DNA from: Dicyema japonicum
Taxonomy: Eukaryota > Animalia > Dicyemida
Assembly: GCA_011109175.1 (NCBI GenBank)
Contig: RDEW01000028.1
Location: 525,000 to 588,999 of the forward strand
Direction: 5' to 3'
DNA length: 64,000 bases
Of the stretch, positions 11,585-24,500 are shown one piece after another (position 1 is the first letter of the stretch; each line of letters begins with the position of its first letter). The notes under the pieces are model-generated. The model worked only from the letters and a program-made list of their open reading frames with translations. It was not told where the DNA came from and did not search any database. The position numbers and the translations under genes are program-made.

Positions 11585-11830
11585 CTCAAGAACACGAATT
11601 ATTATTATTATTAAAAAGCACTCCCGAGAAAACATAAAATTAGTTAAGTTTCCCTTGTGCCATATTCCGAATCATCCTCTCCGTCAGCTCCGACCATGAT
11701 CTTCCGTTGCGCATTAGTTCTCTAGGTAGTCCATATGTCCGCCATTTCCATTATAATGTCAGATGCTGCCCACACTATTGTAGCACAGCGAATCAGATCC
11801 TGATGGACTGAAAATCCGAAACACTAATGT
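11585..11830 (-). mobile_element. RTE-clade LINE 3' end with (TAA)n tail
   Basis: Minus strand ends ..LRELMRNGRSWSELTERMIRNMAQGKLN; tail resembles those at ~25690 and ~28900. Confidence 0.4.
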
Positions 11831-12099
11831 CGGCAGACCAGTGGGAGGGTAAAAAAGTGGAATCTGCCAAACTGTTCTGTTGATTGTACGGTCATTTTTG
11901 TCTCTTGTAGCAGCAGACAGAGATGTCATATTTTGTTAGATCGCATGCCAGTTGGTGTTTCTGTATGGTTGTATAAATATTCTGCAATTAAAAGATCCCA
12001 GAGTGAAAGGAGAAGTCGGTAAGGAATACAAAAAGGCGTCGTCACCACCTCAACCAAAACAGAACATTAATAGTTAATTTAATTTTTTTTTATAATAAA

Positions 12100-12950
12100 C
12101 AATATATAATTTCAACAAATAAAGTAATTTAGACAATAATTAGGACGACAGAATGACGAAGGCGTTACCTATAATAATCGCAATTTCGAGCCTCCCAGTG
12201 TCCCTCCCGCGGCTCGCACCTCTTTGAGGCGAGTTTGCTTCCAATGCTGTGGAGAAAGGCCTCCGTCTTCGCGCCTACAGTTCCAGTTGTCTCCACAGCA
12301 ATGGGGGCGAAGTGGTAATGGTCTCCGAGGGGTTCGTACTTATGGATTTTCTTGACCACCGCCTGATTGGCTGCGTCTTTAGGAGAGTGCGTCGCCGTCA
12401 GCAATCTGGCTCCTGAGAAGGTGTCCACACACGTTGTATCCCAAACTAGTGATTTTCCGTGGGAGTATAGGAATAACGTCATTCCATCCGGCCTCTTCCC
12501 GTCGCCTCTATCTAAGCCCAATAGTTCCAATTGGCCCGAAAATCCCGCAACCTTGAGGGCTCGAAAAATGATGAAATTGAGGACTGCGTGGCGCGAGGCT
12601 CGACCAGCACTTCGTCGGCAAAAAAGTGGATGTAAGCCTTTCGTATAAACGTCCTTGCCGTAACGGCATTTGTGTCTTTGGCATATGTCCAGTCCTAGGC
12701 GCAATGCCACCCCGATCCTCAGCCTGTTTTCGTCAAGGAGGGTCCCCAGATGTGGGCATGGTAGGGCCTCGAGCCAGACTCTATTACCGCGATGTGCGGC
12801 CGACTTAATGCTTGCTAGTCGGTGTTGGTTGGCGCTTTTCTTCGCGGCCTCCAGAGTGCTCAGACATGCAATTGAGTCCCAACTCTTCTGGCAAGCGAAG
12901 TTCGACGGGAATTCCAAGTCCAACTCACCCCACAACTTGCAATTAAATTA
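12100..12950 (-). mobile_element. CRE-clade element, 3' fragment (CCHC + RLE endonuclease)
   Basis: ORF 12165-12935: WLEALP..GVALRLG..HPLFCRRSAGRASRH..DGKRPDGMT..LVWDTTCVDT..PIAVETTG; A-rich tail. Confidence 0.88.
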
Positions 12951-13099
12951 ATTAAGTGATTTTGACAACATCAACCAGAGTTGTCCTGAAAATTAACTTT
13001 TGACAAGTAATTTCGTCTAAATTTTTAAAATAAATAGAACTTTTAAAAAGTCATCAATAATTCTTGTGGTGATGAACACGTTTGTTTCTACTAATAAGA

Positions 13100-16000
13100 G
13101 TGGAAAATTACCTACGGACCTTTTTGTGAATGAACGGATGGAATAAACAATGAGAACGCAGGCGAAGTGGTCCGAGGCTGTTCGGAGTACAAGAATTTAA
13201 TCCAAATTCTACCGGAGACCCAAACAAATATCATATTTCTCCAGGCGATTATCAACTAGGTGAATAAGGAGGACAAAGTTGAGTTAGTGTCTGAAGTTTC
13301 CGAGTATCCAAGGCAAGATTTGTAAGATTACCTTGAAAAGGATGGCCTTTGATAACGAAAACCTTCAATGATAAATTTCATACGTTGAGTATGAGGCTCT
13401 CGCACAGCGTCCCCGAAAGAAAAGCGATTGGACCCACCATATTGGAGCCAAGCTTACACCGTGTGCCCAATCTATACAAGTTGGTTACATACCATACCAT
13501 CTGATCAGTGACAATCAATTGGGAACACGAAGGATGTGCTAAGGAACAGGCACTATTAAACCAATGCATCAACCAGCAATAATTTGGCCACCGTGTGGAT
13601 AGACGCCTTCGATTTGGTGAATCATGACTTTTTGTATCGGGTACTCGATAACTCCGGAGTCCTTTACTGGATTGTGACCTTTGTAAATAATTGATCTTTG
13701 TCACCGCAGATATTTGTACTCATAATGGACCCACTGAGTAGAGTTTTAAATGCGAAATACCCAAAAGTGGTTATGGGTAATCCCGGCAAAGGCTCTATTT
13801 TATACGCAACAAATCACTTACTGTATATTGACGAATTAAAAATATTTTCTCAAAAGGAAGAAACTTTTTTCTTTTTTTTAAATCAAAAATTTATTAACAA
13901 TAAAATATTATTTTAACTAAGAAAGAAACTATGATAAAAATGATGAACGAAGTTAATGCTTTCTTCCAAGCTGCTGGACTTGAGAGAAATCAGCTACAAA
14001 TGTCCAAAATCTCAGTTCTGAAGCAAAATTGCTTGATGGAATGGATGGCTATCGATATAAGTTGCTTAAAAATGATGTTCTTACTACATTAAATTCAGTG
14101 ATATCAAATTATGTGCTATCATCTCCGCCAACGGACATGAATGAGATAACTGACATAATTTATGCTGCACAATGCGCATATGAAAATTTGACAAAGAAGC
14201 AATCAGTAAAAAGCTGTTGGAGAAAAAACGTGGACAAGAGAATTGCAAAATTCAAAGAAAATTGCGCCTTAGTTTATGGGTTTACTGGGAAGCAGTCAAG
14301 GGATGAAAGGGAGAAAAGGTTTTATGCTCGTTTGGATACAAGAAATCAAAGAAGGGAGAACTGAAAAGGATCTTCACCCTAATTGAAGACAAAATCAAGA
14401 TCATGGAAAAAAATCTCATAAAATTCCCGAAGATATGTATTGATCAGAGTGATCCGTCTATAGTGACATATGCGACTAACCATTTTTTTTTGACGACCTG
14501 AAAATAATTGCCGAATATGAAGATACTATTCTAAAAATGATGGAGGATATTGATGAATATCTGGGTGTTGTTGGCCTTAAAAAAACTGTGAAAAGTCTGC
14601 AACTAATCTGATATGTGCCAAAGATACAAGTTATCTGGATGCTTGTGAGGGATATCGCTATCTTGGAGTGTTAGAAGATAAAGGGAGTAAGGTTATGAAA
14701 GACAAAGTTATGGAAAAAATTGCTGAAAATTTGAAGAAAAGGATAGAGATGCTGGCGAATTCGAAATTAAACGCTGTAAACATGTTTAAAGCGATAAATG
14801 AATACGCATTCTCGCTATATAATTATTATATTGGGCTTATCGACATTGAACCACGTGAATTCGAAGCTATTGATTTATAAATCCGACGTATACTCTCTAA
14901 CTTACGAGTGCACTTAAAACTGCTAACAAAGAAAAATTATATCTCAGCAGGAATAGTTTTGGAAGAGGATTAACCTCAATTTCTGATAAGAGTGAATGCA
15001 TGTATTTCAATTTTTGACCGACCTTGAGAAAATCTTCCATGTGTCTTCGAAGCAGGAATCTTGCGGGTCTTAAAACAAAGGAAACACATAGGACCACTAT
15101 CGCAAAATTCATTGCACTCATATACAATGTGGATGACTTATCTAACTTGAACACTGACATTATAAAGGAATATCAAAAGAAGAATTATTTCAAAAAGACT
15201 AATCAGAAATTGCTTCATTCAATTATATTTAAGTGTTTTGAAAATACGAATGTCGATATCAATGGATCAACAGAATGTCTTACTGGGGGAAACAATAGTC
15301 CAAGGTCGGAAGCAATGTACTGCATGATACATGATCGGAATCTGTTCTTCAAGAGATGAAAGCAAATTGCAGTCATTGTGGTATGGGCAAAAAGAGTGTG
15401 GATCACCTGGCTACACCATGTACCTGGATGCTTAGCGGTGCATATATGCGTCGACATAACGAAGTTGTAAGATGTATACCTACAACTATGTCGTCAATTT
15501 GGAATAAAAAGAACCAAGAGGGTAAAGACGCATACAGTCGAATCGATTGTGTCAAACAGTAAAGTTGAAATACGAGTCGATGCAACACAAAAAACGGATA
15601 TAAAAGTTAAAAATAACAAACCTGATATTTTCGTACATGATAAATCTAAAAACGAAATAATATAATAGAAATAGGGATCACTTCCCAAGATTTGCTAAAA
15701 CATGTTGAAGTGGAAAAACTCCACAAATACGACCTTCTGGAAAACTATCACAAATTCACAAGGTGACAATAATTCCGATTGTTTTGACATGGATGGAGTA
15801 GTAACAAAGTACTACAAGTCCTATATAGAAAGACTCAACGTGGATGTCTCTACAAGGGCGTACATCCAATTAATGACGATTAAAAAAACTTTAGAGAGCA
15901 TGATAATCGAGCATAGACATGGGCTAAAAGTTGATAACTATGATGATGAGGTTACAAGAGTGACTAATCATCTTATCTAAAGAGGCTCTGAACTCGAAGG

Positions 16001-16140
16001 TGACGTAGAAGAGGAACCAAGAGAAACAGCTGTCTTGTCTAGTGATTTGCTTTCTCAAATGGTATACGAGGGAACAGTGAGGGTGATACAATGGGCCAAT
16101 GCCCAAAAAGGAGGAGAATTCAGCTTGCATATTGTTAATT
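13100..16140 (+). mobile_element. R4/Dong-like RLE non-LTR retrotransposon, decayed and internally rearranged (at least two nested or mosaic pieces)
   Basis: RT motifs CVPNLYKL, KEQALLNQ, ATVWID..AFDLVNHD, DPLSRVLN..NHLLYIDELK, GYRYLGVLED; CCHC knuckle CSHC..VDHLATPC..RRHNEVVRC; RLE KPDIFVHDK..EIGITSQD..EKLHKYDLL. RT motifs 6-7 appear twice (~13930-14060 and ~14540-14700). Confidence 0.8.
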
Positions 16141-16189
16141 AATTACAATTGATTCTTTTTGGTTTTACTATTAGATATTTTGTTTACAA

Positions 16190-16400
16190 ATTAGATAAAA
16201 TCACCAAAATTAATTTTAATTTAGGTAGCTTGAATGGCCTGGTGTTTCCTATGACAATAGCTATCGAGATACGCTCTCGAAGCCATTCAGTCTCATGTAG
16301 ATCCTTAGTGACTCTTTGGATCATTGAACCGATCCGAAGGACTAGGTTTGACTTTCTCATGGCCTTCAGAGAACGAGTGAGTAACGTTGGAGTAGCGTTA
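16190..16400 (-). mobile_element. CRE-clade 3' end
   Basis: IGSMIQRVTKDLHETEWLRERISIAIVIGN followed by the 3' UTR ..aaattaaaattaattttg, like 37765-37930. Confidence 0.7.
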
Positions 16401-16743
16401 AAAACATCACTTTATAAGCCACTCTTTTGACAATAGAAGAGCTCTTTCTCCTGGACGCTAATTTCCTGTATACCCAGTACATTAATCCAGAGGAAGTTTT
16501 CCTTGGAGGACCCTAAATTTCTCGGGACGTAAATAAAGAAAAAGGATGCGTTGTTCATATCATGCTAACATCTGCCAGTAATACGATTCTACAGGTGACC
16601 TGGAAATCAACGTAGAACACAACATGTGCATTACTGTATAAAAGAAGGCTGAGAAATGCAGGAAAAGGTAACTAATGTTTCGTTCTACCTTACACTTCAA
16701 CAAACTCTAAATTTACAAAATTTATAAAAAGTCAATAAATTAA

Positions 16744-18330
16744 TTAAATATTATAGCCTACGTCTTCAGACTCCCTCCCAAATAAATACGAGTTTTCAAT
16801 ATCCAATTTGTATGCATCCTCACTACGATTCTGGGAAACTAAAACATCATAAACCACAACTACCGGCTGTTAAAGGCTTTCTCATACTTTTTAACAGCGA
16901 TGGTTGTTTTTTGGTAAATTCAAGGACAGACTTGGGATTTCTAGTAAATTAGGATGCCACGCAAACCTGGTAGACTCTCGATTATCGGTATCCTCCACAA
17001 AAGAACAGCCGAACTGTGTTACAAAGAATTCACAGTCCTCGAGGGACACATCTGTAAGTTTGTAAAGGGCATAACTGCTAGCATCGAAAGACCGGAGTGC
17101 CATCAAGCCATACTAAAATATAGTTATCCCCTACATATAGGTTTCTCAGCATCCTCAGATTTTCACCATCGTACTCTTTCCATATCCTTTGTGGTCTTTC
17201 AGATATATACGATCACTAAGGTCAAATCTCCCACAACCTGAACGGAAGAACTCTGTTTCTCACTATATTGGCTCCATAGGAGATCCTCCTCACAATCTCC
17301 AAAGGGTCAATGTCCTTGTCGAAGTACCTGCAAATCACAGACAAGGGGACAGAACAACCTAAAATAAAACCGATAAATACCAATCCCCTTAACATATTTA
17401 AGAGCATTAATGTCCCAACTGGGATTGATAGGCATCTCAAGACTAGAAAAAGTCAAAAATAACACGTACAAAGAGTCCCCGTTGTGCTGTGGAATGATTG
17501 CCTGGAGGTATTCAAACTGAGACAATAGTCTGTGACTTACTGAGGAGTAGTCCTCAGGAGGCTTCAGAGACATTTCCACCAGCAAATAAACACAACACAA
17601 ACTTCTTGATAAGAGCAGTCACGCCAACTCTCCCTAGCAATGCACTCCTCCCCCCACTTTCTTGAGCGAAGTCGTTGCTGTCGTTGGAACTTATTTTCCA
17701 TGGATACTTTAAGGGGTTTCTCAGTCTTCACAAGTTCTGAGATAATAGCTGAGAATAACCTTCATCGTTGTCGAAGGACGGTCGCATAAGCAAAAAGTCG
17801 TGTATTGGCATGAAAGTGGACGTCGTCGTCCTCTATTCTCCCGACGACCAAGTTGCGGTGGTAAACTCTTCTTCCTGGCACAGACTTTAGTCTCAGTTTG
17901 GTTTTGGTTCGCTGCTTGCTTTCCTGTTCGGACAAGGGTCTACACCTCCTACGGGGTTTCTTTTTCCTGGGTTTTGGGAATCCAGGATTATGCTCTAGGT
18001 AGGTCGTCTCCAGCATATCCATTTGGATCTACATAAAGCAAGTTGATACGAGACGATTTTCTGGCTTCAGACGAACCTTGGTCACGTCTTCTATGGAATA
18101 GGCATTGGTCAGAGGAGTAAGTGGATACTATTGATTACTGGATTATATTAACCTCAATTAAATAGATCTTCTTGTCGCTGCCTGAGGACATACGAACATT
18201 TAGCTGGTCTATAAGTAATATAGTGACTCACGTTTATGGACTCCTCTGATTTTAAACTCCTCAATAATTTTGATTGCTTTGATATCTCATCAACATGTTC
18301 TTCTTTAACTTCCGATTTAAAATCTTCCAT
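16744..18330 (-). CDS. POLR3E: RNA polymerase III subunit RPC5 (Sin/C37 family); ~11 micro-introns; at least 3 single-base frameshifts
   Basis: Spliced segments QLNVRMSSGSDKKIYLIEYP, VRLKPENRLIQMDML, VHFMPIHDFLLMRPSFD, RQQRLRSRKWGEECIARESW, FEYLQAIIP and EFTKKQPSLL align in order with remembered POLR3E motifs (KLYLFQYP, KIKPKQQKVELEM, LHLTPLHGILQLRPSF, AEEPW, EYLMMLMP, EFIKKHP). Confidence 0.8.
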
Positions 18331-18435
18331 CGTCAACAAAGAAAACAATACACAAAGTAATTTTAAAAAAATTAAATTGATTTATTTTAAATAATAATTT
18401 AAATATAAGTATATCTCTACCAGTGTCTAGGATCT

Positions 18436-18505
18436 GGTCTTCTGGCTGAACGTAACGTCTGATACATCGGATCTGATGGTCGTTGGTTCGAATCCGAAAG
18501 ATTGA
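18436..18505 (+). pseudogene. tRNA-like remnant (pseudogene or SINE head)
   Basis: A-box-like TGGCTGAACG, B-box GGTTCGAATCC, partial acceptor stem GGTCTT/AAGATT. The anticodon loop is too short for a functional tRNA. Confidence 0.35.
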
Positions 18506-18839
18506 GTTTTCAGCGAAGGTCAATTCTTTCAAACAAATCCCACCCGTGAGGCGACAAGTCCTTCTGTTACGACACAGTAGTTAAAAGGGATCCTACCTTT
18601 TTCCCTGACCAAATCCTCTGATGAAGATTGCATTATGAAAACTATTACGCTAATGAATGAAGTGATGTCCGCGACTGTAGGACGTGGGACAAAAATGGGA
18701 GAGGGCAGATTTATTTTTTCACCTCTCTGTTCTCCTTTTGGTTCCTTCCCTGGATTAGTTAGTTATGACTGTTTGTGCTGGGCTTACAATGGTAATCCTG
18801 GGGTTAATAATAATTAGACACTATGTTTTGAGATTCGCT

Positions 18840-19690
18840 GTAAGAACTGACTTAGTCTGGAGAATTTAACGTTAATGGAGTGTAAACGACATAATTGGGA
18901 TACTAAAGATAAAACTGGACAATCTTAACCCCATCAAGAGTTACCTAATCCTCATAAACACATATGCTACCCCCACAGAGGAAGGGTGAATAAGAAGTCT
19001 GAGGAGGATGAACACTTTTATACTAATCTGTCGGTTGTCAACGTTGACTTGTACACACAGCACTAATAATGATCGCGGGAGACCTAAACGCGAAAGTTTG
19101 CACAAAGATTATCTCCGAAGAAACATTCATTGTAAGGAACGGCAGAGGAAGAAGAAACCTCCTTGGAACCCTACTCGCTAACTTCTTCCAGGTAAACAAC
19201 CTAATCCTCTGCAACACGGTGTTCGCGCATCCTGCCAGACACAAGACAACGTGGTCAGGGTACAGGAGAAAGTAGGACGACAAATCATGAATATTTGTAA
19301 TCAGATTGATAAAGACCGCTGTATTATACCGATGCTCTGGCCTATGGAGGATCAATCATTGACAGTGACATTGCCAAACTCTCACTGAAGAATACGGAGA
19401 AGGAAAAGCAGTGATTACTAAAATTTACAATCTGGACTACCTAAAGACCCAAACTAACTCTGGCTCGGCGTTCAGAGAATACCTAGAAAAGAGTTCGAGT
19501 GGATATCGATGGACTTACCGCCCAGATGCATTAACTTATTAAAGCGGACAATCAAAAGAGCAGGAGACATGTGTCTGTCAAAGGATCGGGAAATCGTTTC
19601 CCCTCGAATGAGGCAGATATACTAAAATTTATTTCCAGCCAGAAGAAAATATGGTTACAGTATCTAAATACAGATGACTAAGACCAAGGG
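18840..19690 (+). mobile_element. RTE-clade LINE, APE endonuclease region
   Basis: ORF 19069-19275 IAGDLNAKV..NNLILCNTVFAHPARHKTTWSG, followed by NQID. Confidence 0.72.
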
Positions 19691-20130
19691 CTTTCCTAGA
19701 GGGGTGCCATAGGGGTAGCCGCCCCGGGTATCATGATGCAGAGGGAAGCAGATCCAAGCCATAGAGTTCACGTTACTAAGCTATACTCACTTTTTTTCTC
19801 TGTTTTTTCATCAATCGTTGACTGTCTTACACTTTTCCGAAGTGTAACAGAAGTTATCTAAAGATGCGAAGGATTTTTTTGGTTCATTAGTTGAACTCGG
19901 CTGGAATATTTTTCCAACTTTGTGCATTGCATAGTATTTATCACTCACAGGCTACTCAATTGCCAGTTGTGTACGTTCTTATTCAAAGTTAAAACAAATA
20001 GAAATATATTTGAAGTCTTCGATGATTTGAGGTCAGCGCCTGTCAAGTTTATCTTTGATTAGCATTGAAAAGAAATTTTTGCCAAGCGAGTGAAAGAAGC
20101 TGTGGTACAGACTTTTGTTGACAGCAAAGG
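19690..20130 (+). mobile_element. hAT transposase C-terminal (dimerisation domain) remnant
   Basis: SIASCVRSYSKLKQIEIYLKSSM..QRLSSLSLISIE matches the hAT consensus ASCERSFSKLK..YLRSTM..RLS.L.LISIE. Confidence 0.55.
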
Positions 20131-21569
20131 AACAATTGAACAGGAGACCCTCGTGAGCGCTGCTGGTTATGTGAGCGAATCTCGCTCGCTATCCTGAGAG
20201 GGAATAGCCACGAAGTCAGGGCAGCCGCTATATAACCGTTTACTCTCTTTTCTTTCCTTAATAAAAATATTTATAGATTAGAGCTGATAAGGCAAACATT
20301 TGAAATCACATCTGCCTTTCTCAAGAAGAAGACAGATTTAGCGAAATATTTATCAACTAAAATAAGTCAAGTTATTGTCATTAATCGTTAATATTAAGGA
20401 AAAGTCCATTTGTTAGCAATTATTATATTGACCTAAACGATTGTGATTTCAGAGTCACCATCGATATGACTAAAAATTAAAAATAAGGTCACATTTGACT
20501 AAGTGATTTGAGTCTTCTGAAGGCACCTTTCTTTAGTTGTTCGACTGTAGTTCCCGAGAATTTACTATTTTTGATATAACTAAATACATTTTCTCGATTT
20601 TTGAAAGTGCAGAAAATGCATTATTTCCTATGAAACTAATATTTGAATTCAGAAAATTCCTACAAAGTTATTTTTGAAAAAAAACATATTTTTTATTTGC
20701 GAGCAGCTACTAGAAAAGTCGCGCTTCAACATTTTAGGATTTGTGAATATCCAATAACTCTGTAAAATAAAAAAATTTATTTCACATTGAATTTAATTTG
20801 GGAGAACAATCTATTCTCAATTTATCGGTTTCAGTGAAGTCGTAGCAATATAGGACATCATTGTCAGGTCCACAGCTTGGTTCAGCCTTACAGAAAGTGA
20901 AAGCGATGGCAAACAAATAGAAAATCATTAATTTTTTCCTATAAAGTGTACTTTTATATTATTTAATGACAGGTGATGATTCCAGATGCTACATAATTAA
21001 AAAGAGAGGTCAATTTTTGGCCAGGTCATTCATTCAAGAATATTACAATAATAAAGTAAATCGTCATTTTTTATCCATGTAAACTTAAGAATTTTGAAGC
21101 TCTTTTGGCAAGGTCTAGATACTTGGTGCATCCCCCACTTTTTTGTTTAGAATTTTAGTTTTCTGAAGTCTCCTTAATCAGTCATCTCATCCATGCTCAC
21201 AAGAAGGATGAAACCGTCCAAGATATGGATGGTACCTATGAGGCGCATGTATATGAGAAACACGGCTCGATGTACTGTCCTTACACGTTGTGAGTACCAA
21301 TCTTCATATTCCCAAAAAACTTTTTAGTACCTTCAGCTTCTTTTCACATTTCACAAGAATGTTTTCTACATGTGGAGATATACAAAGATTCAAATCAAGT
21401 TTCGTCATGGAAATAAGTAGAAATTCCGTCGAATAGAAGTACCTCAGCCTTCCAACCAAATAACCACCAGGTCGAGATTGGTTAATGAGACAAAAAATCG
21501 CATTTTTCAGCTTGGTGCATCCCCCACTTTTTTGTTCAGAACTTCAGTTTTCTGAAGTCTCCTTAATCC

Positions 21570-24500
21570 AAGACACGTGTTGTCGTTGTGTGTTGTGTTG
21601 TTGTTTTTCGCCTATTGTGATTATTTTCCTATGTTTGACTTTCTCTTATTGACTATTTTCGCCTATTGAGATTATTCTCCTATTCTTGATTTTCGCCTAT
21701 TGAGATTATTCCCCTATTCTTGATTTTCGCCTATTGTTGATTCAGTGGAATGTTACTCGAAAAGTCATTGTCTAATTGCTCTGCCTGCAACATGAGCAAT
21801 TTGAGAAAGTTTGGAATTTCTTGTTCTGACTGTGGAGTCTTCTTTCACCTCGGGTGTTTGAAGCTCTCTCAGGCCTCTATCCGTGCTCTTGGGGTATGGC
21901 ACTGCCGCCCGTGCCTTGGAATTGGTTCGGGGTTTCCTAATGGTCACGCGAGTGCATGTACCTCCGGGGAAGACCTTTCCCATTTGGATCCAGATTCGCT
22001 GCTCAAAATTATCAATGAACGCCGGTCATCGAGGAGTATCCCGGTGAAGATCCCTAAAGCAGCCCGCCCCCTAGCTGCCGAAGCCTTAACCAAAGCAATC
22101 GACGATGCACTCCGCTCCGACTCTATAAACGACTGGATACGTTTGTTTAATTTTGCTCCTTTCGCTCTTGGCTCCTCAGAGATCGCAATGGAAAAGAGTC
22201 TCTCTCGATTGAGATGAAGAACAACATCCGCGCATTTATGGATGGAACTCACTTTACGGACCTCACGTCCTTCTGCATCCGTTCAACTGAGACTCGGAGT
22301 TCAACTCGGGAAACGGAGATTCTTCGCCTAAGAAGACCGTACGATCGAAGTTGCTTGAAGGAGGAACCCGATCCGCATCGAAGGCCCTCTCACTCTCAGA
22401 TGGACCACGCAATCCAACCATTGATACTTACAAGACTCTATTGGGGAAACATCCACCCTCTCCGAATGACCTACGCCATTGCTCGCCCCCATCAGAAGTG
22501 ACCCCTTTGACCACGTCGCCTGAGGATGTCATCACGGCGTTATGGAACTTTGCACCAAGTAGCTGTGGAGGTCTCGATGGCTTAAGGCCCGGCCATCTTA
22601 AAGACCTTATTTCACCGACTATTGGAGACCAAGCAAGTCGTCTTTCATACTCACTCACTTCTCTTATGAACAGGATATTATCTGGACATTTGCCTGATTT
22701 GATACGTCATATCTTGTTTTCGGCTAGTCTGATTGCCGTCGACAAGAAGGGAGGTGGAATCCGCCCGATCGCGGTCGGATTCACTTTCAGAAGACTAGCA
22801 GCCAAGATTGCTTCCAGATTTTCTACGTCAATCTTGTCAAAATCCTTACTTCCCAGTCAAGTTGGAGTCGGAGTTCGTCTTGGATGTGAGGCAGCCGTTC
22901 ACTCCGTCAGAAGATTCAGGAACAGCAGCATTCAAGACTTTAAAAGGCACATTATGGTAAAACTGGACATCAAGAACGCTTTTAACAGCTTAAGAAGAGA
23001 CTGCATTCTGGAGGCCTGCAAGGAAAGATGTCCGTACATATTTGAACTGGTCAATTATTCATACGGAAAACCTTCATCACTATTGCACGGGGATTTCATA
23101 GTTCCATCGTCCTCAGGTGTTCAACAGGGCGACCCCCTCGGACCACTGCTGTTCTCCCTCGGCATTGAGAGGATCACGAAGCTCTCTAGATGCCCACTCA
23201 ACATCTGGTACCTCGATGACGCTGTCTTAGGAGGTCCCCCGGAAACGGTCTTCCAGGACTTAGAAGTACTCACCCCGCGCTGTCCGAGGTGGGTCTTCAG
23301 TTGAATATAACGAAATGTGAAATAACAAACTGTGGTCTTGCTGACGATGACTTCTCTTCAATTGTTCAAAAATTTTACTCCTTGTTTCCCGGTGGGATTT
23401 CGACCCCTGAAAATGAATTGATTTTTCTTGGATCCCCGATCACTAGTAATGCGATGAAGCATGTCCTCCTTGACAAAAAACGACTCCTATGCGATTCGCT
23501 GGAAAGATTACAGCTGCTGGACTTGCACACAGCACTATTCCTATTGAAAAGAAGTCTCAACATCCAGAGAATCTCCTATCTACTAAGGACAGCTCCATAT
23601 TATTCTCAACTGGAGCTGCTCGAGAATTTTGATTTGTCTCTCCTCAGCTCGACGGAGCAAATATTTAATGTCCGATTCGACGATGATACATGGATGCAGG
23701 CTACACTCCCAGTTAGATTCGGGGGTCTTGGAATCCGTCGAACTTTGGACGTCTCACTTCCCGCTCATTTATCATCACTCACGGCCTGCGAACCTTTGGT
23801 CAGGAGGATTCTACACTCCCCACCCGAATTCTCAACTGACCAAGAGATAATCCACGCACGAGAAGCCTGGAATGCCACCAACCTCCCCCTGCCTCCTTCC
23901 CAAGATCGCCAGCGAAACCTGGACAACTTATTATGCTGGAAATCATTTGGACTCCTACTGGAATCTGCCAATCAGCACCGACGCGCTTGTTTGCTTTCGG
24001 GGGCTTCCCCTGAGAGCGGAGCTTGGCTAAACGCCATCCCCAATGGAGCTTTGGGCACTTTTCTGGATGATGAATGCGTTAGAACTGGTATCTCTCTGCG
24101 GCTGGGACTAAAAGTATGTGTACCTCACCCGTGCCGATGTGGCATCCTGATAGACTGCTATGGCCTGCACCCTCTCGCCTGCAGGAGGAGCGCTGGCAGA
24201 TCCCCAAGGCACAAGGCTCTGAATGAAATTGTCAGGCGAGCTATGGATGCTGCTGGATACTCGGCCATTCTTGAACCGGTCGGGTTATGCAGAAGTGACG
24301 GGAAACGACCGGACGGGATGACCATATTTCCATTTGAGGCCGGGAAACCACTGGTTTGGGATGTGACATGTACAGACACGTTCGCCAAGAAAAATCTTCA
24401 CGAGAGTGCTACAAGGGCCTGTTCAGCATCCGTAAAGGCGGAGAAGGCCAATCTCGTTAAATACGTCGACCTTCCCGATGATGTCAAATTTGTTCCCCTT

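Noticed and set aside
12367-12951. Plus-strand ORFs overlapping the CRE fragment (and similar antisense ORFs elsewhere in the track)
   Set aside because: Shadow ORFs of relatively GC-rich TE or gene sequence on the opposite strand.
18615-18645. Minimal hammerhead (CUGAUGA..GAAA)
   Set aside because: Stem II does not pair, no stem I/III partner was found, and it is a single copy.
21605-21745. CRISPR-like or telomeric repeat
   Set aside because: Head-to-tail 34-bp units without spacers inside a retrotransposon 5' UTR; such repeats are known in CRE relatives.
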